Source: Malacoraja senta (lineage: Eukaryota). Taken from it: a DNA stretch of 64,000 nt. Position numbers and translations under genes: made by a program. The notes beneath the pieces are model-generated. The model saw only the letters and a program-made list of their open reading frames with translations. It ran no database searches and had not been told where the DNA came from. This document shows, in pieces, positions 49,893 to 61,589 of this stretch (within the stretch, counting starts at the first letter, position 1; every line of letters starts with the position of its first letter). Location of the stretch: assembly GCA_038087875.1 (NCBI GenBank), contig CM075989.1:10852001-10916000 (forward strand), given 5' to 3'.

Positions 49893-52340
49893 AACTAATA
49901 TGGAATCGACGAGGTGCTGAATCAAGGCCATGCTCATCGTCTTAAGTGGGCACAAAAGATCACACAGCATGATCTCAAGGGCAAGTTAGTTCTCACTGAA
50001 TCCTACCTGATATTTATCCCTCTGAGAACCACCAAAAACAATCTAGTCTTTGTCACATTTCCTCCAAGAGTGCTTTCGCTCCAAAACTGTTGAAAAGCCC
50101 ATAAACACATTTGAACTCTCAAAAGGCACAACCTAAGCTAGTCCTATTTTTCTACATCCATCTCAACTCGAATTACCACAGGTATGAATACTTGCAGGAA
50201 GAGATTTGCAATGAATGCAAGATTGAATAGCGCAAATAAATTCTTCACTCACCCAGACTGAACTGCTGAGTTTTCCCCCGCATTTTCTATTTTTATTTCT
50301 TATTCCAAAGATGATTAGTTGTTTGCATGCTTTCCAACAGCATTTAATTGTAGTGGTGTAAAGCAATTTTAAATTTGTAAATGAATTGCTATCGGAATTT
50401 TGAGTAGCTCAATGTGTAGTGCTCGTCAATGAAAAGGGCAGCAAGTGTTGCAGAGTTGGTGCTGCTGTTTTGCAGCTCCAGGGATCCAGGTTCAACTTTG
50501 ATATAGGGTAATGTTGATGTAGAGTCAGGACATTTTTCCCATGCCCACATCAGTTTCCATTGGGTGCTCAAAAATGTGCTGGCATGTTAATTGGCTGCAA
50601 TAAGTTATTTAATTAAAGCACGTTCTCTCTTCCAGCAAACTAGTGTCACGGTTGCCTCCCCGACTTTCGGTCCCAGCACTGAGGCTCGAGTTGCACTCAG
50701 TCAGCTATGATGGAGGCAACTTCACTCACACAGCCAGTGGTAAATTTCTGAAATAGGCACTGTATTCTGATCTCTGTTGCGGTAGGAGATTATAGACAAT
50801 GCAACAGACTCAAGAGAAGGAATGGATGATGTTTCCAGTCTGAAGGAGGGTCTCGACCCGAAACATCACCCATTCCTTCTCTCCAGAGATGTTGCCTATC
50901 CTGCTGAGATACTCCAGCATTTTGTATCTATCTTCGTTATAAATCAGCATCTGCAGTTCCTTCCTACACATCACAGATTCAAGGATGTGCTCAAAGTTTC
51001 CTTGATAAAGGATAACATTTCCATTAAGTTCTGGCTGCCTCCGCCCATGACAATAAAAGGTGGTAAAGGAGCATTTGGAATGGTACGTGAGCCTCTAGGT
51101 TGTACATCTGAGGCACATGTTAAGTGGTGGGATGAGTGGACCATCTCACAAATTACCCAGCAATCTGCCCCTTCTTTGGAAGTATCTGGGGTTCCCTCCT
51201 TGGCCACATCAGCCACCTTAGAACTTCTAAACCAAAGTGGTATCGGTAAATAACAGGAGTCAACGGGAAGCTGCTGGACATGAGAGGATAAGCTGTAAAG
51301 AAGTAAGGAGAGGGGGATGGCTCTACTCGGAGATGCTATGGATCTGATGGGATCCTCCTATGTTGTAGAATGTAGATCTGAGAGATCATTTCTGTTGTAC
51401 ACCTGGTTTAGAAGATGTCATCTCTTAAGCCAACATAAATATAGCTATTTAGAAGCTGGTGAAAATCTAACAGTTCCTTTTTATCATAGGCCTTGTGTGT
51501 TTATAGCAAGGTACCAAGATGTAAGTTTTGTGCACATGTCCTGTTCACAGAGCCTTGAGGATATGATCTAGGTGGGCACTCCTGGTTTCAAGCTGAGGAC
51601 GTACTGCTCAGTTGGAACTGCCATCTCTTTTCGTCTAGTCAGTAAGCCAAGACTGAAGCCTGGCCAGAGCTCTCTCTGCCATTCTTGACGTTATTAGACC
51701 CTGGACCAGCATCTTTTTTAGTGGGGGAGAAAAAAAACCCCACTCGCGTTGCAGTTTGTGGAAGCTTGCTAAACATCATTTGGTTACCAAATTGTACAGT
51801 GAAGTAACTACACTTCATTGGCTGCAAAGCACTTTGGCCCATCCCAAGGTTGAGAGAGTGCAAGGATCTTTCAATATCAGAATGACTACCTTTCACGTTA
51901 CTGTGTAGAGAAACGTTATACAGGCTTAGTTCTATCGACGTTGGTGTTGTTAGACTTTGCAACAAAGATAAATTGTGCTTAATAGCACATTTCATTAATA
52001 GAGCAGCAGGGTTGAAGCAGTCTGTCCAATCGTGCTTAACTAACACATTTGTTACTCAGATCTGCAATTACTATGACAGAGATTGGAAATAAATTCAAGT
52101 GCAGGAAATTAAAATAATAAATTGAAGGAAATTTGAAACGCTGAACATATATTAGATCTTTTAATGTCTGAAGAGGTGCTTGAGGTGAGTTTTTCCTGAT
52201 TGATTCGATATGTGCTTTCGGCAATTACATTGAAAAGGCATCTGGATAGGTATGGGAAGAAGAAGTATTTGGAGGGAAATGGGTCAACTGTGGGCTCATA
52301 GGACTGAGATGATGGACAAAAGGGCTTGCTTCTATGCAAT

Positions 52341-52690
52341 AGACAATAGGTGCAGGAGTAGGCCATTCGGCCCTTCGAGCCAGCACCGCCATTCAATGTG
52401 ATCATGGTTGATCATCCACAAACAATACCCCGTTCCTGCCTTCTCCCTATATCCCCTGACCCCACTATCTTTAAGAGCCCTATCTAGCTCTCTCTTGAAA
52501 GCATCCAGAGAATCAGCCTCCACTGCCCGCTGAGGCAGAGAATTCCACACTCACCACTCTGTGTGAAAAGTGTTTCCTCATCTCAGTTCTAAATGGCTTA
52601 CCCCTTATTCTTAAAACTGTGGCCCCTGGTTCTGGACTCCCCCAACATCGGGAACATGCTTCTTGCCTCTAGCGTGTCCAAACCCTTAAT
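52341..52690 (-). mobile_element. CR1-type LINE 3' end
   Basis: IKGLDTLEARSMFPMLGESRTRGHS...WNSLPQRAVEA...FKRELDRAL, followed by the 3' UTR. Confidence 0.85.
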
Positions 52691-53532
52691 GTATAACTCT
52701 GACCCTAAAGGGTGAAGCACCATTCTCTGAGATACTGGAGGTCGGAAATAACAATGTGCAGGGTGCAGTGTGTCAGCCATCATCCGTGGAAGGGGAAACA
52801 GTTTAATGATGGTGTACAAACACAAAGTGCTGGAGTAACTCGGCGGGCTGGGCAGTACGTGTGGAGGGAGTGGGTAGGTGACATTTTGGGTTGGCACCCT
52901 TCCTCAGGCTAATGATGGTGCCTCGTCATGGCCGACGCATTGAAATTTTACGACATATGGCCCTTCAGTTGCTGCTAACCCTTACCTGCGGCACCATCGG
53001 CTGTTAAAGTGCAGTTCTACTCATGGGTGCCTGATAGACTCTCTACAACTTTTGCTGTCTGAATTTCAGATTCGTTCGGATACAGTCGAGTAAACGTTAG
53101 TAAATTAAAAAAATTAAAAAAGTGCTACTAATTAAAAACATGTGCGTTGAAATGATGGAAAAAGCGCTTGCTTAACGTTGCCTATCAAATGAATGGTAGC
53201 ATAAAGCAAAAGAGTGAGACGAGAAGAGTTATCTGGCTCATTTGCAGATACTTGCAAGGGTTTCTGACATCCAGCATGGTCCTGACTGCCCAACCCCAGC
53301 ATTGCTCGATGGATTCACAAACCAGCCATTGGTTTATTCCATAACCTCCAGACAGGAACAAGGTGATGAGCTTTTAAACCTTACAGGTACGATCGGTGTG
53401 GGATTGGGAAGGGGAGTTAAAATGGTTAGCAACTGGGAGATCCAGCAGGCCTGGAGTATTGGTGCTACAATCTCAGTGATGGGAATTGAACCCTCAATCT
53501 GTTGAATTCAGAGACAACAGTAATATCTGCCA

Positions 53533-53700
53533 GGTAGACAAAAATGCTGGAGAAACTCAGCGGGTGAGGCAGCATCTATGTAGTGAAGGAAATAGGCAAC
53601 GTTTCGGGTCGAAACCCTTCTTCAGACTTCAAACCCGCTGAGTTTCTCCAGCATTTTTGTCTACCTTCGATTTTCCAGCATCTGCAGTTCCTTCTTAAAC
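53533..53700. mobile_element. Palindromic Penelope-derived repeat
   Basis: GGTAGACAAAAATGCTGGAGAAACTCAGCGGGT...ACCCGCTGAGTTTCTCCAGCATTTTTGTCTACC. It is flanked by an apparent duplication of ACAGTAATATCTGCCA (53517-53532 and 53699-53714). Confidence 0.75.
53596..53627 (-). ncRNA. Minimal hammerhead-ribozyme-like motif, sense to the UACA pre-mRNA
   Basis: Minus strand GT-CTGAAGA-A-GGGT-TTCG-ACCC-GAAA-CGTT-GC: intact core, UUCG-capped stem II, GUU triplet, weak stem I. Confidence 0.45.
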
Positions 53701-53965
53701 AGTAATATCTGCCAAGTCAGGGTCATACCATGGACTGTATTGCATCAGAGTAAATTATTCAATGAGGGGACTATTGACAATGGACCTTCAAAGATGTTAG
53801 GGACACAAGAGACTGCAGGGGCTGGACTGACGGAAGAATTCAGAAAGTCAAGCAGTGTCTGTGAAAGGAAACGAGTTGTCAACATTTCAGGTCAAGACTC
53901 AGCATCAGTTCCTCCAGCAGTTTGTTTTTTCCTTTAGCTGGTTAAAGAACATGTTACAATAATAC

Positions 53966-54055
53966 CTTTATAGTGCGCTGCTCCTTCTGACTCGGTGCCA
54001 AATTGGTTTCGACTGGAAGATGTCTTTGATCTAGCTTCTGTGGCATTTCAGCAGC
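53966..54055 (-). CDS. UACA: UACA exon (90 nt), AAEMPQKLDQRHLPVETNLAPSQKEQRTIK
   Basis: ttacag acceptor and AAG|GTATTA donor, phase 0/0, open. The C-terminal part resembles recalled SHQREHQNIQ. Confidence 0.75.
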
Positions 54056-54429
54056 CTGTAATTTTTAAGGAAAATAATGCAATCACTTTAAATACAGGAT
54101 TTTTCAATGATGAAACAAAGTCTCAAGCTTGTGTGCATTGAATTATCTGTGATTGAATATCTGTGTGGCTCAGTTCATTCACCGATCAGTTGACATTTAA
54201 CATGACCTTTCCTCCAATCCATCTAAACTTTGAATCGGTGCTGCAGCAAGAGATTGGATAGTAATAATTAGTTTTGGTTGCATACAAACAGCAAAAGATA
54301 CAGGTGCTATGCAGATGATGTGTTGCCCAATCCTCATTTATTCTATACACGCTTCTGTCTCAATGCGCGTGTCAGCTTCTGAGTTAAGATGCTTCTTTGT
54401 AAACTAGCGATGGTGGACACCCATAAATT

Positions 54430-54647
54430 AATGGTGGTCTACAATGAGATGTGGAGTTAGAGGTACAGAATAAATGGTGGACTACAATGAGTTGTGGGGT
54501 CAGAGGTGCAGAACTAATGGTGGTCCCATAATGAGATGGGAGATTATTGGTATAGAAATAATGGTGATCCACAGTGAATTGTGGGGTTAGTGGTGCAAAA
54601 CAAATTGAGGTCTCCAATGAGATGGGAGGTTTGGGATCCAGAATAAA
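54430..54647. repeat. Degenerate ~43-bp minisatellite, about 5 units
   Basis: Units start AATGGTGG(T/A)C(T/C)ACAATGAG at about 54430, 54473, 54516, 54560 and 54603. Confidence 0.75.
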
Positions 54648-56856
54648 TCTCCTTCCATTAAAATTATATTGGACTTCGATACTCGAAATTCAGTATTCTG
54701 TATTTCAGCCTATCTCCGCTCAAAAAAAAATCTTCATTGATAATGGTCAAAGGGATGTACCCAGGGATCAGCAGGCAGTGCCCACATTTCGGAGAAAGGC
54801 TCCACAAAAGATTGGAGACCGGTTATCCTAATGGCCATCTTGTTGGAACTGCCGCAGCAACTACTCAAATACCAACAAAACAGGAAGAGATAAACTGGTC
54901 CCCGTAATTAGATTTATTATTTCAGAAAAGTCGGCATCTCATAAAAACTGATCCATTCAAAGTGCATTTAACAGTGCCAGCAGACTTCACTGCTGATGTC
55001 TTCACTGCTTAAGATCTTTCAAATTCTCCTGGAATTATCCACTGTGCTCTACAGCCTGGAGGTTTAAGTAGACATTTTAATGTAATTCAATTTCCTTCTT
55101 TCCAAAAACCAGGTAATGACCTTGCGCAATAATCACATACGCCCTGATCCAAGATACCCATTTATACAGTCATGCTTCTTTTAAAACACAGATTGAAATG
55201 TAATCATCTTTCCTGTCCGCCCTCCTCTCCATCATTCTCAAATTTCACCATGTAAGCTTTGAAAACAGCATGAGTGCCAGAGTGGAGAATCGTGAAACAA
55301 AGGGGTGGAGAACAGCTGTAATTGCCAACAGATGGCTGATCACAACAAAAGCTGTCAAGAACCAATTTCGAAGTGCAATGGCTTACTGCAGGAATCATTA
55401 CCAAGATTAAAATATTTACAATTGTCAAAAATAATTTTTAGAAAATCGCTAGGTATCTGAGGAGGGTGTTAGGTAGTGATGCTGCTTCACAGTACGAGTG
55501 ACCTGCATCTATTCCTGCATCTGCTGATGGCTGTGCAGAGTTTGCACATTCTCTCCGTGATCACGTGGGCTTCCTTCTGATGCTCCTCCCGTTTCCTCCC
55601 CCATGCTAAGGATGAGTGGGTCGGTGGGCTAAATGGCAGCCCACATCCCTGGTGCAGATGAATCAGAGGGAAGTGGATGGGCATGTGACAGAATAGGTTC
55701 CATAGAAATAAGTGGGGAATTGGGATTCTCCAAGGCAATCTGGATTCACTGGACGAAATGGACTCTCAATGCATGAAAAACACAGTGTAGTCCAACTCAC
55801 TGGAAAGACTGGTATATATTGCCCATTTCTGCTGAATTTACTGGGTTATTCCAGATAGCAGATATGAGTCTTATCAGGGAGAAGTCAGCAGAATGAGAGG
55901 GAAAAATAGATCAGCCATAATTGAATGATGGAGTAGACTGAATGGGGTGAATGGCCTAATTCTATTATTAAGTTTTTTTTGGTGAATAAGGTGATCCATA
56001 TAGGCCTTTGAAAGTCTTTGTTGAACCAAATGGTAAGTTTTTAGAAGTTTCATAGTCACCTCTACCGAGATTAGCCTTTTACTCCAGGTTTATTTAATTA
56101 CTTGAATTAAATTCCCATTTTGCTCTGGTGGGATTTGAACTTGCATCTCAGGATCAACAGTCCAGGTCACCAGCTTTAGTTGTTAAACTAACAAAACCAT
56201 TAGACATCAGGCAACATCCGAGAGTGTGGCCAAGGGGTTCTTCCCCACCACCCATCAAGATTCTCTGCAGGAGGTTGGGTTGGACAAAAGATAACGGGGA
56301 GCAGAGGAGGGGTCAAAATGGAGAGGTCAGTGAGGGGACAACAAAAGAACCTAGTGAGGGGATGAGAGGGGTAGATGCAGAACTGTTGAGGATTGTATAT
56401 TGAGATTGGGCACAAGCTTGGTATGATTCAGTCTGTCTTTGTATTATGAGGGTGCACAATAAGTTAGAGCATAGAGCCAAGTCTCCAATTGCCATTTATT
56501 CCCATCGGACCAAGAAGACACCCTACATTAAAAAATAAATAAAAGCACCAGTATCATTCACTCAAACCATTCTCAACTCCAAAGGTATGCCGGGAATTAA
56601 TTCAGCCTATGAAAAGAATCATAGTAAGAACAGGAATTGTTGGAAACCATTCAGCTGGCGCGGCAGCACCTCTGGTAAGAGAGGCAGAGTTAACTCAGTG
56701 CTGTTGAAGGGTCTTGAATCCAAAACATTGACGTTTCTCTCTCCACAGATTCTGCATGATCTGCTGAGTGTTTCCAACATTTCTTGCTTTATTTCAGATT
56801 TCCGATATCTGTAGGTCATTTACTGATGTATACGTGCAGTATTTTTCTAGACTTAC

Positions 56857-56894
56857 CTGAGAAACTTGGTGTAATTTCACACTGGATTCTCTCA
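56857..56894 (-). CDS. UACA: UACA exon (38 nt), (x)RESSVKLHQVSQ
   Basis: ctttttacccccacag acceptor and CAG|GTAAGT donor, phase 1/0. This is the most 5' exon found in the window. Confidence 0.75.
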
Positions 56895-57588
56895 CTGTGG
56901 GGGTAAAAAGGCAAAATATTAACAGCATGAATTATGAACAAATTCAACCTTCCTCTGCAATCCAGATTGTATAATTCGTGAACAAAGGTTAGCAAGGAAA
57001 TAGATTACACAGAGAGACAGTACATGGGTGGCAAAGTAATTGTGCAAGAACACCTTTGTAACAGTTAGTGCCACTTACATACAATCCATAGACCAACATC
57101 ACTGAAGGCACCTCTTAGGACCTCTGACACTTAGGAAGACATAGGCAGCAGACAAGAATGCACCCAACACGGGACACCCTACGCTGACATGGATGTAAGC
57201 ACCAGTCTTTCTATTGCTGGGTCTAAGTGCTGGAATTTCTTCTCCAACAGCACTGAGGGAGCCACCTTCAACAAAAAGTGCAACAGTTCAAGAAGGCAGC
57301 TCATCACATTCTGAGCTATTAGGAATGTGGGATAAATGTTGGTCTATCATGACACCCACAATTCACGACTGAATAGACAAACTTTGCCCTATGTTTGGTT
57401 GTCACAAATGGGAACAATTCAACATGTAGAAAAACAACTTCTACATGTAATATTCATGGAGCTGCATCGCAGTCTGAAAAAACAATAATTCAAAGTCCTG
57501 TTCATAATGTGAAAATTGTTCATAATGTGAAAATTCTACGAGCTAGAACAAAATTGTGTGTGTTAATAATCATAACACTCTATGATTA

Positions 57589-57778
57589 TGGGTGCTCCAG
57601 TTTCCTCCCCCATCCCAAAGGCGTGCAGGTTTATAGATTAATGGCCTCTGCAAATTGCCCCTAGTGTGTAGGGAGCGGATGTGAAAGTGGGATAAAATAA
57701 AACGAGTGTGAACAGGTGACCGATGGTCAGTGTGGACTCTGATCCGAAGGGCCCGTTTCCAAGCTGTATCTCTAAACT
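57589..57778 (+). mobile_element. HE1-like SINE, 3' part
   Basis: GGGTGCTCCAGTTTCCTCCC...AATTGCCCCTAGTGTGTAGG...CCGAAGGGCCCGTTTCC...TCTCTAAAC. Confidence 0.7.
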
Positions 57779-58225
57779 CTGTCCTGTTGTGTACCTGTCC
57801 AAATGTCTTTCATATGTAGCATTTGTTCCCGCCTCTACCACTTCCCTTGACCTATTGATTTTCCGCATTGATTTCATTTCATATTTGAAGAATAGTTTGT
57901 AGGAATACCCAGAATTCTAGTTAACATTTATATCTGAGTCAATGTCCTTAAAGCAGGCCATTATCACACGCTGGCTGTGGGAGCCTATTGTGATTTTACT
58001 TCGGAGTCACGTGAGTGACTACGTGAAGAAGACCCCGTCCAGCCGCACACGTGTCATATCGATCAGACGCATAGCGTTCATGACCGTGTGTGGAGGAGCA
58101 GGAGCTCCTCCGACCGGTGAGTAAAGCAAAAGTAAAGCAAAAGTCGGAAGGTAAGTGGGTTACTTTCACTTACAGGAGCGTTTCCTTCCCGTGCAGACTT
58201 GTTGGTGGAGCTCCACAAGTTTATT

Positions 58226-59700
58226 ATGGAGAAAGGGGAAGGAGAGGCGGCCAGGGACGCACCGTAGTAAAACCCCAGATCCTAAGGGTAGCGGGCGTCA
58301 GTCAGTGGAGTCAGTGGCAGCGAAGTCATTAACTCCCGTTGCGGTCGAGTGTGCCGTTAAACCGCCGGCGGCGGGGCGCAAGGCTGGACAAAAGTCGGGC
58401 CGACCTGTAGACTCGGATGAGTCAGACCCGGAGGTATACCCTCCTTAGGCAGGAAAGAATATTGCACTGCAAGGGTCAAAACTTTAGAACTCCTGATGGG
58501 GCAGATGATTTATAAAGAACCCCCACAGGAGGATTTAAGTCGGTGTTGGCCAATGGAGGATATAGCACAGGGGGTGCCTTGGATGGGACAGGCACAAGGG
58601 TGGCCTACAGGAGAGCCATCAGAAATGCCTGTGCAGAAACATTACAGTGGTTGGCCTACAGGAGAGCCAGTGCCCAAAAATGCCAGAAAAAAGGCAATAT
58701 ATGTGTTGGCTTATTGGAGAGCCAGTACTAGAAATGCCTGAACAAAAGGCAGCACAAACGTGCAATGACAAATGTGCCAGCACCGACAATATAAAGAGAA
58801 AAAATAATGAAGCGTTGGCCTAGAATTGAGCCAGCACCAGCAGCACCTGAAACAGGGCTGCCTATCCGTGGGCCTACAAGAGAGCCCGCGCAGGGGGAAT
58901 CTGGCAGAGACTTACCTGAAACAGGGGAGCCAGAAATTACCCAACATAAAGATGAATATCTAGATTCAGATGATGATTTATATGAGGACCAGAGCCCATT
59001 ATCAGAGCTAAAATGTTCCAAGGCTGGCACAAAAGTTTGCTGTTCCCAGAGTAACAGGGGAAACTTTGAGAGAGGAAATAGCTATGACTATAAATTATCT
59101 ACTCTCCCATCAGCCCCAGGAATTAACTATGGATGAGACTATCAAAAAGTATGAGAGCCCGGAAAATTGTGAATTGCTAGCAGTTCCAGCAGTGAATAAC
59201 TGGATATGGGTTATTTGAGCAGTGGTTTACGCTCACAAGAATTGAAATTACAACGAGTGCTGAAATTGCTGCGGTCAGGCATATCCAGTGGTATTGGATG
59301 AAGATTTTATATCGGATTCACAACAAAATGCATTAGCACTCATGTGTAGTGCGCACTTTGAAATAAATTGTATTCGTAAAATTGCAATAAGACCAAATAT
59401 TCATCCTAGTTATGCAGGCTCTGCAAACCATCCAATATACAAATGCCTAAATTTGCTTTTTGGAGAAAAACTAGCAAAGAAGCTAAAGGATCACCTATGC
59501 TGAGCAGAGCGGTGCGAAGGCAGTATCCCTATAGGCGAAATGCTGGTGCTGGAGAAGGAACAAGCCTATCATTCTCGTATACACGTTGACGTGCTGCACC
59601 GAGGATACGTGGAGGTTACAATGTGCCTACTAGAAGGGGCAACAATTGCCGGTGGCAAACCCCGAGGTAGGGGGGCTTGGTCTGGTAAGAAACGCAACAA
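58226..59700 (+). pseudogene. DIRS gag-like ORF1, fragmented
   Basis: Low-complexity N-terminal part, then YESPENCELLAVPAVN and IRPNIHPSY...LLFGE blocks typical of DIRS ORF1. Several stops and frameshifts. Confidence 0.55.
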
Positions 59701-61160
59701 ATGTTTCACACTCACAAATAAGGGGAAGGTTACGATTCTTCCTAAAAGAATGGCAATCAATAACAAATGATTCATTTATTCTATGTAGCATTGTAGGATT
59801 CAAAATTGAGTTCTCCACGTTTGGATCCTCCAATTCAGCATAATTCAAACTGGTCACGGATTTTCTCAAAGGAAGAGAATGTTGATCAAGGGAGAATTGA
59901 AAATTGTATGCGGAAAAGGGGTAATAGAAAAATCAGTAGAACAACACCATCAGTTTGTGTCAAATATTTTCCTAGAACAAAAAAGGATGGTGGATGTAGA
60001 ATCATTTCGGATCTGACAAATCTTAACCTTTATGTACAGTAGAAACATTTCAAAATGGAAACATTTACTAATGCCATTCAGCTGGTCACAAAGAATTGCT
60101 ACATGGCAAGCACAGATCTGCAAAATGCATATTATTCTGTGGCAATGCATGGTAATGATCAAAGATATTTGAAATTTAGATGGATGTCAGTTATGGCAAT
60201 TTAAAGCATTGCCCAATGGCCTGACTTCAGCACCAAGATTATTCACTAAATTACTCAAACCAATTTTAGCTCTGCTAGGATCTGAGGGCCATGTATTAAT
60301 GGTTTATTTAGATGATATTCTGATTGTGCGGGACACTTTGGCTACTGCAAAATTGTCAGTATCTAGAGCCAAATACATTTTGAAAAAATGGGTTTCATTA
60401 GTCACCTACAAAAATCAAAATTGTTACCGAGCAAGAATAATTGATTAGCTAGGGTTCACAATTAACTCTGAACACATGGTAATCACCTTGCCAAAAGAGA
60501 AGGCTGCAGTTAATTGAAGATTGCACTAAACTCATAAATGAGGACAAGCCTTCAATTAGAGAAGTGGCAAGCTTGCTGGGCAAATTAATTGCTGGGTTTC
60601 CAGCTGTCAGGTTTGGACCATTGCATTATCAATGTTTACAGAGGGCTAAGGTACAAGCATTAAAAATGAATACAGGGCATTTTGACAGGCCCATGAAATT
60701 AACAATTGGATCCATTACAGAAATAGAATGGTGGATTAACAATGTCTCTAATGCTTCCAGAAAAGTTCTGGTAGAAACACCTTCCGTCATTCTACAGACT
60801 GATGTAAGTGCTCTTGGATGGGCGCAACTAACATGATTTCCAGCTGTGGAGGTAGGTGGAATGTCGATGAAGTACCTTTCCTTGAAAATTAAGGAATAAA
60901 TTACCTAGAGCTGTTAGGAGCATTTCATGGCCTTAAAGCTTATTGCACTAATATGGGAAATGTGCATGTTCAGGTACAGGTTGACAATACTACAGCTGTA
61001 GCATACATAAATCACATGGGTGGTATCAAATCAGAATCATGTGATAGATTGGCAAATGAAATTTGGACCTGGTGTATTGTCAGGAAAATCTGGCTGTCAG
61101 CAATATATTTACCAGGAAAATTTAACACAATTGCAGACAAAAGATCACGTAAATTTAATG
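59690..61160 (+). pseudogene. DIRS reverse transcriptase-RNase H, fragmented
   Basis: GRLRFFLKEW, KKDGGCRIISDL, HFKME, DLQNAY, LPNGLTSAPRLFTK and YLDD, then RNase H motifs QTDVSALGW, INYLEL, VDNTTAVAYIN and NTIADKRSR. Multiple lesions. Confidence 0.9.
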
Positions 61161-61164
61161 ATAA

Positions 61165-61586
61165 TACAGAATGGATGTTACATCAGGAAATATTTAAGCA
61201 AATTGTAACACGATTTGGAATGCCAAAGATTGATTTGTTTGCATCAAGACTAAACCACCAATTGCCTAAGTATGTGTCACGGGAACCTGATCGTGGTGCA
61301 GTAGCGGTAGATGCTTTCTCGCTACATTGGGGTGATATGTTTCTGTATGCATTTCCTCCATTTTGTTTAAATCAATAGATGCCTACAGAAAATTAAACAG
61401 GACTCAGCCTCGGGGATTTTGGTGGTACCAGATTGGCCTACACAGCTATGGTATCCACTGGTGTTAAACATAATCAAAGAACCCCTTATGGTTATTCCAA
61501 AGCAGGTGAAACTGCTTGTAAACCCTGTAACTAATGAACCACATCCTTTATATGATCGTATTGGTTTGTTGATTTGCAGATTCTGA
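61165..61586 (+). pseudogene. DIRS DNA N6-adenine methyltransferase-like domain
   Basis: EWML...IDLFAS (SAM-binding motif I-like), DAF...W, YAFPPF (motif IV-like), then after a frameshift ILVVPDWPTQLWYP. Confidence 0.8.
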
Positions 61587-61589
61587 AAA

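Noticed and set aside
52910..53000. Possible intronic C/D snoRNA (GATGGTGCC...GGCACCATC inverted repeat)
   Set aside because: No properly placed RTGATGA and CTGA boxes on the UACA-sense strand, and a 9-bp stem alone is insufficient.
54430..54647. CRISPR-like repeat-spacer array
   Set aside because: Eukaryotic intron, the whole unit is degenerate tandem sequence with no unique spacers, and there are no cas genes.
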